24,000 nucleotides of DNA from Clostridiales bacterium (GTDB taxonomy: Bacteria; Bacillota; Clostridia; Peptostreptococcales; Anaerovoracaceae): positions 32,462-56,461 of the forward strand of contig DUTT01000034.1 of NCBI GenBank assembly GCA_012841925.1, read 5' to 3'. The notes under the pieces were generated by a model, which was not told the origin of the DNA, ran no database searches, and saw nothing but the letters and a program-made list of their open reading frames with translations. The stretch's first letter is position 1. Each line of letters starts with the position of its first letter. A program made the position numbers and the translations under genes. Positions 14,636 through 21,949 of the stretch are shown in pieces.

Positions 14636-16186
14636 GTGTCCAGAGTCGTGGAGATGAAGCAGATCACCAAGGTTTTTCCCGGGACAGTAGCAAACGACCA
14701 CATCGATTTTGATGTCGAACGCGGTGAGATCCACGTGTTGCTGGGCGAAAACGGTGCCGGCAAGACGACGTTGATGAACATCCTGTACGGATTGTACAAA
14801 CCTACCTCGGGTGACATCTACATCGATGGGGTAAAAGAGGAAATCCGAAGTCCAAACGATGCTATCGCGCTTGGAATCGGCATGGTGCACCAGCACTTTA
14901 TGCTCGTAGAGAACTTCACCGTCGCAGAAAACATCGTGCTGGGTAACGAGCCGAGCACCCGCGGTATCCTGGACATGGAAGCGGCGAGGGCGGCCGTGCG
15001 CGATGTGTCGGACCGCTTCGGGCTCGCTGTGGATCCGGATGCCCGGATCGAAGATATCTCAGTCGGGCTGGCCCAGCGGGTCGAAATTCTCAAAGCGCTG
15101 TACCGCGGCGCCGAAATCCTGATTATGGACGAACCGACGGCCGTGCTCACACCGCAGGAAATCGACGACCTGGGCACAATTCTTAAAAATCTGACGCGTG
15201 AAGGAAAGTCGATCATCCTGATTACGCATAAACTCAAAGAAGTGCTGGAGATGTCCGACCGGACGACGATTCTGCGCCGCGGCGCCGTCGTCGGCACCGT
15301 CCGCACGTCGGATACGACGGCCGACGAGCTCGCGGAGATGATGGTGGGGCGTCAGGTCAGCTTTTCATCTGACAAGCAGGAAAAACAGGCCGGCAACGTC
15401 ATTTTGCACGTAGACAAGCTGACCGTCAAGGATCACAGAGGAATTGAAGCGGTGCGGCAGGTGAGCTTCGATGTAAGGGAAGGTGAAATACTGGCCATCG
15501 CAGGCGTGGACGGAAACGGGCAGAAGGAACTCGTCGAGGCGCTTACGGGACTGATCGCCACCGAGAGCGGCCGCGTAACGCTGTGCGGATGCGATATCAC
15601 AGGGAAGGATCCCAGAACCGTCATCGAAGCCGGCACGGGCCACATCCCCGAAGACCGTCACAAGCGGGGTCTGGTGCTGCAGAGCAGTCTGTTCGAGAAT
15701 CTCATACTTGGATACCATTATAAACCGCCGTTTGCTAAACACGGGCGCATGGATCCGGTGAAGATCGTCGAGCACGGAAACCGGCTGATTGAGGAGTTCG
15801 ACGTGCGTACACCGAGCGGAAGCGTCACTGCGGGGTCGCTCTCGGGCGGCAATCAACAGAAGGTCATAGTCGCCCGGGAATTCTATAAAGACCCGCCGCT
15901 GCTAATCGCGTCGCAGCCGACGCGGGGGCTGGACGTCGGTGCTATCGAATTCGTACACAAGCGCCTGCTCGAGCTGAGAGACAGCAACAAAGCCGTGCTT
16001 CTGGTTTCGCTGGAGCTCGATGAGGTTATGAAGCTCGCCGACCGGATCGCGGTCATCTATCAGGGGCGGATCGTCGGTATCGTGGATGCGGCCGATGCGA
16101 CCGAACGAATGCTCGGCCTTATGATGGCGGGCGGCTCGCCCGAAGGCCGTACAGCGGCTGACCGTACTGAAGGAGAGAGCGCATGA
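14636..16186 (+). CDS. ABC transporter ATP-binding protein, tandem ABC domains (NupO/RbsA-like)
   Basis: GTG start. The first Walker A is GENGAGKTT and Walker B is ILIMDEPT. The second signature is LSGGNQQKV with a degenerate second P-loop GVDGNGQKE. At 516 aa, the length is typical for BMP-associated importers. Confidence 0.9.
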   Translation: MSRVVEMKQITKVFPGTVANDHIDFDVERGEIHVLLGENGAGKTTLMNILYGLYKPTSGDIYIDGVKEEIRSPNDAIALGIGMVHQHFMLVENFTVAENIVLGNEPSTRGILDMEAARAAVRDVSDRFGLAVDPDARIEDISVGLAQRVEILKALYRGAEILIMDEPTAVLTPQEIDDLGTILKNLTREGKSIILITHKLKEVLEMSDRTTILRRGAVVGTVRTSDTTADELAEMMVGRQVSFSSDKQEKQAGNVILHVDKLTVKDHRGIEAVRQVSFDVREGEILAIAGVDGNGQKELVEALTGLIATESGRVTLCGCDITGKDPRTVIEAGTGHIPEDRHKRGLVLQSSLFENLILGYHYKPPFAKHGRMDPVKIVEHGNRLIEEFDVRTPSGSVTAGSLSGGNQQKVIVAREFYKDPPLLIASQPTRGLDVGAIEFVHKRLLELRDSNKAVLLVSLELDEVMKLADRIAVIYQGRIVGIVDAADATERMLGLMMAGGSPEGRTAADRTEGESA

Positions 16187-17295
16187 AGGAGAAATTTACA
16201 TACGTTTGGAGCGTCATCAGACTGCCGGTGATCGCGGTGGTATTTGGCTTTCTTACTGGAGCTGTGTGTATCGCCGTTACTGGCAACAACCCGGTCGTCG
16301 CCTACATCGCACTGTTTCGAGGATCGCTCGCAAGCATTCCGGGATTCGGCGAAACGATGTACAAGATAACTCCGATCCTGTTTACAGGGCTGGCCGCTGC
16401 GATCAGCTTTCGCTGCGGACTGTTCAACATCGGCGCCGAGGGGCAGTACGTGGTGGCGTCGGTGGCTGCGATTGCGATCTCGTGGTTCGGTCAGGGCCTG
16501 CCCCGGATATTCCTGCTTGCGCTGATACTGACCGCCGGCTTTTGCGCCGGGGGTCTGTGGGGTGGCATTGCGGGTTTTCTCAAGGCGAAGCGGGGAATTA
16601 ACGAAGTCATCAGCACGATTATGCTCAACTGGATTGCGCTGTACTTAGCGAACTATCTCGTGCGCATTCCGCTGAGCCCGAACGTGCGTGCGGGGCTTTC
16701 GCCGGCGGGCCACTCAGTCGTCGTCCCCGAGGTGGCAAAGCTCACCAAGCTGAAAGCGATCGTACCTGCATTCGGCTATTCGTCGGCTCACACCGGTATT
16801 TTTATTGCTCTGATTTCGGCCGTCGTCATGTGGTATATCCTGTTTAAGACGACAGTCGGTTACGAGATTCGAACCGTGGGTCTCAACGCACAGGCGGCAG
16901 AGTACGGGGGAATCAGCAAAGCGAAAAACACGATGCTCGCCATGTTCCTCTCAGGCGGACTTGCGGGACTGGGCGGGGCGGTGCAGATCATCGGCCTTGT
17001 CTACATGGTCAATCAGTCGCCGATGCTCCCCGGATACGGGTTTACCGGTCTGTCTGTCGCACTCGTAGGCAACTCACACCCCCTGGGCTGCATACCGTCT
17101 GCGCTCCTGTTTGGCATACTCGAAAACGGTTCAAGACAGATGCAGCTTGCAGGCATTCCAAGCGAAATCACAAGCATCATTTCCGGCGTCATTCTGGTAT
17201 TTATCGCCGGATCGCTCGTCATCAAGCTGGCCGGAGACCGCATCAAGGCGAAATGGGGCAAGCGCGCGATGCGCACGGAACAGGAGGGATTGTAG
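16183..17295 (+). CDS. ABC transporter permease (NupP-like)
   Basis: The ATG overlaps the upstream stop (ATGA). The polytopic protein carries FNIGAEGQ, typical of BMP-type sugar/nucleoside permeases. Confidence 0.88.
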   Translation: MKEKFTYVWSVIRLPVIAVVFGFLTGAVCIAVTGNNPVVAYIALFRGSLASIPGFGETMYKITPILFTGLAAAISFRCGLFNIGAEGQYVVASVAAIAISWFGQGLPRIFLLALILTAGFCAGGLWGGIAGFLKAKRGINEVISTIMLNWIALYLANYLVRIPLSPNVRAGLSPAGHSVVVPEVAKLTKLKAIVPAFGYSSAHTGIFIALISAVVMWYILFKTTVGYEIRTVGLNAQAAEYGGISKAKNTMLAMFLSGGLAGLGGAVQIIGLVYMVNQSPMLPGYGFTGLSVALVGNSHPLGCIPSALLFGILENGSRQMQLAGIPSEITSIISGVILVFIAGSLVIKLAGDRIKAKWGKRAMRTEQEGL

Positions 17296-17296
17296 C

Positions 17297-18229
17297 ATGA
17301 CAACAGCGATTTTCATCTCCCTGCTTACATCTGCCATCCGGCTTGCGACTCCACTTCTGCTGGCAGCGCTTGCAGGGGTGTACTCCGAACGCTCCGGCGT
17401 CGTCAACATAGCGCTCGAGGGCATCATGATCGCCGGCGCTTTCTTCTCGATCTGGTTTACGCACCTCACCGGGAGTGCCTGGATTGGCGTAGGGGCGGGC
17501 ATCGTGTTCGGTGTGTTTACTTCGGCGATTCTGGCGGCGATTGCCATCAACCTCAAAGGCAATCAGGTCATAGCGGGTACGGCAATCAATCTGCTGATGA
17601 CGGCGCTCACGGCGTTTCTTCTCGAAATTATCTGGCATCGATCCGGGTCGACACCGACGGCTCCGGCCATGCTTACGACAAATCCCCTGAAGTTTCTAGA
17701 GGGAATCCCGCTTCTGGGCACGTTCTTTAAGCAACTGACACCGTTTGTCTACATGGCGTTCATCATGGTGTTCGTCGCGTATTTTACGCTGTGGAAAACT
17801 CCATGGGGACTGCATGTTCGCGCCGTTGGAGAACATCCGAGAGCGGCGGAAACCGTCGGTATCGATGTATATAAGACGCGCTGGGTATGCGTGTTGATTT
17901 CCGGTGCCCTGGCCGGTCTTGCAGGCGCAACGCTTTCGGTCGGCACAGTGGGCCTGTTCCGCGAAGGGATGGTCGCCGGTAAAGGGTTCATCGCTCTTGC
18001 GGCTCTTGTGTTTGGAAAGTGGCACCCGGTGAAGACTATGCTGGCCTGCCTGTTCTTCGGATTGTGCTCGGCTGCGAACATCCTGGCCCAGTCGTTTGGT
18101 GTCAATGCACCGACTGAGTTCCTGGCGATGATTCCTTACATCGCGACTATTCTCGTGCTGATCGGGATCGTGGGGAAGGCGCAGGGACCCAAGGCGAGCG
18201 GCGAACCGTACGAAAAGGACGAAAAATAG
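17297..18229 (+). CDS. ABC transporter permease (NupQ-like)
   Basis: ATG 17297 lies 1 nt after the upstream stop. The N-terminus AIRLATPLLLAALAGVYSERSGVVNIALEGIM is the family signature. The listed start 17111 lies inside the preceding gene and was rejected. Confidence 0.88.
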   Translation: MTTAIFISLLTSAIRLATPLLLAALAGVYSERSGVVNIALEGIMIAGAFFSIWFTHLTGSAWIGVGAGIVFGVFTSAILAAIAINLKGNQVIAGTAINLLMTALTAFLLEIIWHRSGSTPTAPAMLTTNPLKFLEGIPLLGTFFKQLTPFVYMAFIMVFVAYFTLWKTPWGLHVRAVGEHPRAAETVGIDVYKTRWVCVLISGALAGLAGATLSVGTVGLFREGMVAGKGFIALAALVFGKWHPVKTMLACLFFGLCSAANILAQSFGVNAPTEFLAMIPYIATILVLIGIVGKAQGPKASGEPYEKDEK

Positions 18230-18244
18230 GGGCTCGGAAGCCCC
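18229..18244. terminator. Hairpin between the convergent permease and lexA genes; T-run only on the - strand side
   Basis: GGGGCT-CGGA-AGCCCC. On the - strand it is followed by TATTTTT (complement of 18222-18228). Confidence 0.5.
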
Positions 18245-18268
18245 TCAAGCAAGTGTGCGGAGATCATT

Positions 18269-18934
18269 TTACGACAGATAGCGGAATACGCCTTTGACGA
18301 GGCCGAGTACGCGGACGTCTTTGGCAAAGATCGGAGCCATGCTGCTGTTCGCAGGTTGCAGCCGGATCCGGTCTTTTTCTTTATAGAATGTTTTGACCGT
18401 CGCTTCGCTCTCCATGTCTTCGAGCATCGCGACGACGATGTCCCCGTTTTCTGCAGAATGCTGCATGTGGACGAGGAGATAATCCCCATCGAAAATTCCG
18501 GCTTCGATCATGCTTTCGCCCCGGACGACGAGCATAAAGTTCGTGCCGTTGCCGAGAAAGCGCGAGGGAACAGGAATAGAGTCTTCGATGTTTTCTTCGG
18601 CGAGAAGCGGGGTACCTGCAGCGATGCGTCCTACGACCGGAATGGCAGTTACATCGGTCTGGACTTCCGGCACAGCGACCGGCACGGAACCTTTACGGCG
18701 TGCAGGCGCCTCATCGTCCGCACCTCCCAGCACTTCGATGGCGCGCCGCTTGCTGGGATCTTTTCGGATGAGTCCCTGCTCCTCCAGCGATTGCAGCGCT
18801 TTGTGAACGGTGGATGTCGAACGGATGCCCAGCGCAGCGCACACTTCGCGGACAGTCGGCGGGTAGCCTTTTTTATGGATTTCGCTTCGCATGTACTCGA
18901 GGATGTTCTTTTCCCGGATCGAACGTTTATTCAT
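18269..18934 (-). CDS. lexA: LexA SOS repressor
   Basis: The wHTH N-terminus is GYPPTVREVCAALGIRSTSTVHKALQSLEEQGLIRKD. The Ala-Gly cleavage site is GRIAAG. The catalytic Ser lies in VRGESM and the Lys in EATVKTF. The start MNKRS is at 18934. The upstream listed start 18982 lies in the promoter and was rejected. Confidence 0.95.
   Translation of the reverse strand: MNKRSIREKNILEYMRSEIHKKGYPPTVREVCAALGIRSTSTVHKALQSLEEQGLIRKDPSKRRAIEVLGGADDEAPARRKGSVPVAVPEVQTDVTAIPVVGRIAAGTPLLAEENIEDSIPVPSRFLGNGTNFMLVVRGESMIEAGIFDGDYLLVHMQHSAENGDIVVAMLEDMESEATVKTFYKEKDRIRLQPANSSMAPIFAKDVRVLGLVKGVFRYLS
18920..18933. promoter_or_regulatory. Cheo/SOS box-like site overlapping the lexA start codon
   Basis: CGAACGTTTATTCA compared with the Gram-positive consensus CGAAC-N4-GTTCG has one core mismatch. 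Confidence 0.45.
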
Positions 18935-18984
18935 CGCTTTGCTCCCGTGGGTACGACAGTAAAATACAATTGCACTCGTCACAT

Positions 18985-19012
18985 ACTATATCACAGAATT
19001 GCATCGATGTAA
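18985..19012 (-). promoter_or_regulatory. lexA promoter (TTTACA-16 nt-TATAGT on the - strand)
   Basis: The reverse complement of 19007-19012 is TTTACA, and the reverse complement of 18985-18990 is TATAGT. Confidence 0.55.
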
Positions 19013-19023
19013 ACAAATGTTCT
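19010..19023. promoter_or_regulatory. Cheo/SOS box overlapping the lexA -35 element
   Basis: The - strand reads AGAACATTTGTTTA (core GAAC-N4-GTTT). This is one core mismatch to GAAC-N4-GTTC. Confidence 0.55.
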
Positions 19024-19066
19024 TATCGTGATGGCTGAAAATATTTAATTCGTTACTGAAACTGGC

Positions 19067-19095
19067 TTGACAGTGCTTAACGAATATGATATTTT
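19067..19095 (+). promoter_or_regulatory. infC operon promoter (TTGACA-17 nt-TATTTT with TG extension)
   Basis: TTGACA lies at 19067-19072, TG at 19087-19088 and TATTTT at 19090-19095. Confidence 0.6.
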
Positions 19096-19099
19096 ATAG

Positions 19100-19212
19100 C
19101 GGTAATAAGTAGAGGTTCCGCCTCTCACCTCAGGGCTTGTGCTGCTGGGGTCGGTCATAGGACGTACCCTTAGGGGGATTGTTCGGCGGAGCTTCGGCTA
19201 CCGCTTTTTTTA
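19100..19212 (+). promoter_or_regulatory. Structured leader with intrinsic terminator upstream of infC (L20-leader-type attenuator)
   Basis: The ~130-nt 5' UTR ends in the hairpin GGCGGAGC-TTCG-GCT(A)CCGC followed by T7 (19186-19211), immediately before the infC RBS. Its position and architecture match the Firmicutes L20 ribosomal-protein leader. The rRNA-mimic fold itself was not verified. Confidence 0.55.
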
Positions 19213-19232
19213 ATAACCGGAGGTGCAAAACA

Positions 19233-19856
19233 ATTAGCAGGGAAAATTTGATCAACGATCGAATAAGAGCAAAGGAAGTGCGGCTCATCGATTCGGACGG
19301 AAGTCAGCTCGGCATCATGAGCATCGAGGAAGCCAGAGCGATTGCGGAAGAACAAAATCTGGACCTGGTGAACATATCGCCGAATGCCGCTCCGCCCGTA
19401 TGCAAGATCATGGACTACGGCAAGTATCGCTACGAGCAGCAAAAAAAAGAAAAGGAAGCGCGAAAGAAGCAAAAGGTTGTCGAAGTCAAGGAAATCCGGC
19501 TCGGCATCTTTACGGAGGAGCACGACCTCATCACGAAAGCCAATCGGGCGCTTAAATTTCTTGGAGCAGGCGATAAGGTTAAAGTGAGCATGCGGTTCCG
19601 CGGCCGCGAAATGGGCTATGTCAACAAAGGCCGCGAGACTATGATGCGCTTTTACGACGTCGTAAGCGAAATTGGAACGATCGAAAAGCACCCGACGATG
19701 GAAGGGCGCAATATGTCAATGACCCTGGCACCGAAGACAGAAAAGGACCGGGAGAAAGAACAAAAAGAACGGAATCAAATAGAGAAGAGGAAGGAAGTCG
19801 AGCAAAATGGCGAAATGCAAAATGAAGTCCCATCGGGGAGCGATGAAGAGATTTAA
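19233..19856 (+). CDS. infC: Translation initiation factor IF-3, ATT start codon, KE-rich C-terminal extension
   Basis: RBS GGAGGTG (19219-19225) lies 7 nt before an in-frame ATT at 19233. The sequence [21 protein letters not shown]...[24 protein letters not shown]...VKEIRL...FRGRE is canonical IF3. No ATG, GTG or TTG lies at a suitable position. Confidence 0.9.
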   Translation: MSRENLINDRIRAKEVRLIDSDGSQLGIMSIEEARAIAEEQNLDLVNISPNAAPPVCKIMDYGKYRYEQQKKEKEARKKQKVVEVKEIRLGIFTEEHDLITKANRALKFLGAGDKVKVSMRFRGREMGYVNKGRETMMRFYDVVSEIGTIEKHPTMEGRNMSMTLAPKTEKDREKEQKERNQIEKRKEVEQNGEMQNEVPSGSDEEI

Positions 19857-20010
19857 GCTCACGGGAACCGGTAAAGTCAAAAGAAACAAGGCCTATAAAA
19901 GCCATATTCTTACGAAGAAAACGCCGAAGAGAAAACGGGGCCTCCGCAAGTCCGCAATTTTGAGCAAGGCGGATCACAAGCGTATCAAGAGCGTTTTGAT
20001 TGGAAAGTAG
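19807..20010 (+). CDS. rpmI: 50S ribosomal protein L35
   Basis: The sequence [34 protein letters not shown]...KRKRGLRK matches L35. The start is ATG 19807 (RBS GAGGAAGGAAG) or the in-frame ATG 19822. Either start lies inside the infC 3' end. Confidence 0.92.
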   Translation: MAKCKMKSHRGAMKRFKLTGTGKVKRNKAYKSHILTKKTPKRKRGLRKSAILSKADHKRIKSVLIGK

Positions 20011-20024
20011 GAGGTTAAAAAGTC

Positions 20025-20381
20025 ATGGCAAGAGTAAAACGCGGCGTAAACGCCAGAAAAAGACATAGAAAAGTACTGAAGCAGGCGAAGGGATTCTACG
20101 GGAAGAAGAGCAGAACCTTCCGGGCGGCCAATCCGGCGGTCATGCGCTCTTTGCGCTCCGCATACATCGGCCGCAAGCATAGAAAAAGAGAATTCCGCAA
20201 GCTCTGGATTACGCGGATCAATGCGGCAGCGCGTGCCAACGATATATCGTACAGCCGCCTGATGGACGGGCTGCGCAAGGCCGACATCCGCATTAACCGC
20301 AAGATGTTGTCGGAGATGGCGATCCACGATCCGGCTGGCTTTTCTCAGATTGTCGACCGGGCAAAAAGTGCACTCAATTAG
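20025..20381 (+). CDS. rplT: 50S ribosomal protein L20
   Basis: [26 protein letters not shown]...[15 protein letters not shown] is canonical L20. The RBS is AGGAGG. Confidence 0.97.
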   Translation: MARVKRGVNARKRHRKVLKQAKGFYGKKSRTFRAANPAVMRSLRSAYIGRKHRKREFRKLWITRINAAARANDISYSRLMDGLRKADIRINRKMLSEMAIHDPAGFSQIVDRAKSALN

Positions 20382-20416
20382 CACCGGGAGCGAGAAACGC
20401 ATCACGCTGCTTTTGA

Positions 20417-20461
20417 CCCTTCCAGCAGTAGCCTCCGGGCGAACTGCAGGAAGGGTTTTTT
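20417..20461 (+). terminator. Intrinsic terminator after rplT
   Basis: A 12-bp stem CCCTTCCAGCAG/CTGCAGGAAGGG (one A-A mismatch) with a 15-nt loop is followed by T6. Confidence 0.75.
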
Positions 20462-20482
20462 AGGAAAAGTTCAGGAGATTCT

Positions 20483-21850
20483 ATGGTAGAACCGACGATC
20501 GCCGGGCAAGACCGAAAAAATCACTGGAAAAGAGCGCTGTCCATCCTGCTTCCTGTCACCGTGCAGCACATCATCAGCTACGGACTCAACATCGTAGATA
20601 CGCTGATGATCGGACGGGTGGGGACCGACGAACTTGCCGCCGTAGGGGCTGCCAATCAGATCTATGGCGTATTTGTGATGGTGTGCTTTGGTCTGCTGTC
20701 CGGAGGCGGCGTGTACATCGCTCAGTTCTGGGGAGTGCGCGACATTAAAAGCATCCGCCACACGTTCGGGATTATCTGTAAAAATATCGTGCTGTTCGGA
20801 CTGGTTGTGACGCTGTTCGTGCAGTGGAAGAGCGCTGCGCTCATCGGACTGTTCGTGCGGGAGACGCACGTCATCAGCCACGGCGTAGATTATATTCGCA
20901 TCGCTTCTCTGTCGTATATGATAACAGCATTGTCGTTCAGCATGGGGTTTTCCAGCCGCTGCACACAGAGGCTCAAATGGCCGACGACCATTAACGCTGT
21001 GGCACTCCTAACGAATACGATCCTCAATTATGCGCTGATCTACGGCAAGTGGGGTTTTCCTGTTATGGGCGTAAGAGGGGCGGCTTTGTCGACGCTGATC
21101 GCGCGGTCGTTTGAGTTTTGCGCCATGCTCACCTACATCTACCGGTCGCAGGATCATCCGCTTGCGGCGCGTCTGTCCGAGCTGCAGAGCTATTCAAAAA
21201 CTTTTAGAAATCAGGTGTATCGAACCGGCGCACCCATCGTCCTGGCCGACGGATCCTACGGCGTGGCGGCGGCGATCTTTCTATCCGGATTCGGGCTCAT
21301 CAGCTCGGTCGCTGTCGCGGCGTATCAGGTTGTCCACATCCTGGGCGAATTCTCCCAGTCGGTATTTTACGGTCTTGGAAACGCGTCTGCCGTTCTCCTG
21401 GGTGAGAAGCTTGGACGCGGCGACCGAAGCGGAGCGGATCGGGATGCGAAAGGGTTTCTTGCGTTCGGGCTGGGTCTGACAGCGGTGATGTCTGGCCTGT
21501 TGCTGCTGATCAATCCGTACGTGCCTCAGCTGTACGCGTTTGACGCGGAGACGACAGCGGTGCTGATGCCGGCATTGTTCGTATCAGCGCTGACCATTCC
21601 GGGACGCGCTTTGACGTATTTGTTTATTTTCGGAATCCTTCGAAGCGGCGGAGACACAAAGTACATCATGGCTGTTGACGTCGGCTGGACATGGCTGTTT
21701 GGCATACCGGCCATGTTGATCGGTGTGCTGTTTCTGGACTTTTCTCTCTGGCAGGCAGTATTGATGCGCTACCTGTCGGAATGCTTCAAAGCCGTTCAAT
21801 TTTATTGGCGTTACCGCTCGAAGCGCTGGCAGAACGTTCTTACGGAATAG
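20483..21850 (+). CDS. MATE family efflux transporter
   Basis: RBS AGGAG is present. The protein is 455 aa and polytopic. The N-terminal MATE signature is LPVTVQHIISYGLNIVDTLMIGRVGTDELAAVGAANQI, and a second repeat contains GAPIVLADGSYG. Confidence 0.85.
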   Translation: MVEPTIAGQDRKNHWKRALSILLPVTVQHIISYGLNIVDTLMIGRVGTDELAAVGAANQIYGVFVMVCFGLLSGGGVYIAQFWGVRDIKSIRHTFGIICKNIVLFGLVVTLFVQWKSAALIGLFVRETHVISHGVDYIRIASLSYMITALSFSMGFSSRCTQRLKWPTTINAVALLTNTILNYALIYGKWGFPVMGVRGAALSTLIARSFEFCAMLTYIYRSQDHPLAARLSELQSYSKTFRNQVYRTGAPIVLADGSYGVAAAIFLSGFGLISSVAVAAYQVVHILGEFSQSVFYGLGNASAVLLGEKLGRGDRSGADRDAKGFLAFGLGLTAVMSGLLLLINPYVPQLYAFDAETTAVLMPALFVSALTIPGRALTYLFIFGILRSGGDTKYIMAVDVGWTWLFGIPAMLIGVLFLDFSLWQAVLMRYLSECFKAVQFYWRYRSKRWQNVLTE

Positions 21851-21852
21851 CT

Positions 21853-21881
21853 TGTTGGATCACGGGAAGTTTGATAGTATC
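21853..21881 (+). promoter_or_regulatory. Candidate promoter (TTGTTG-17 nt-TAGTAT) for the 525-aa gene
   Basis: The hexamers lie at 21853-21858 and 21876-21881, about 70 nt upstream of ATG 21950. Confidence 0.4.
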
Positions 21882-21949
21882 ATAGAGGTGCGTTCGACTA
21901 TCCGTGAACGCTCTTGTGCAGTCCACGATAGGAGGCCTGGGAGATAATA

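Noticed and set aside
20382-20482. Possible SOS (LexA) control of the MATE gene, by analogy with E. coli lexA-dinF
   Set aside because: I scanned the upstream region for GAAC-N4-GTTC. Only the non-matching strings GAACTGCAGGAA and GAAAAGTTC occur, and the MATE gene is separated from lexA by the whole infC operon.
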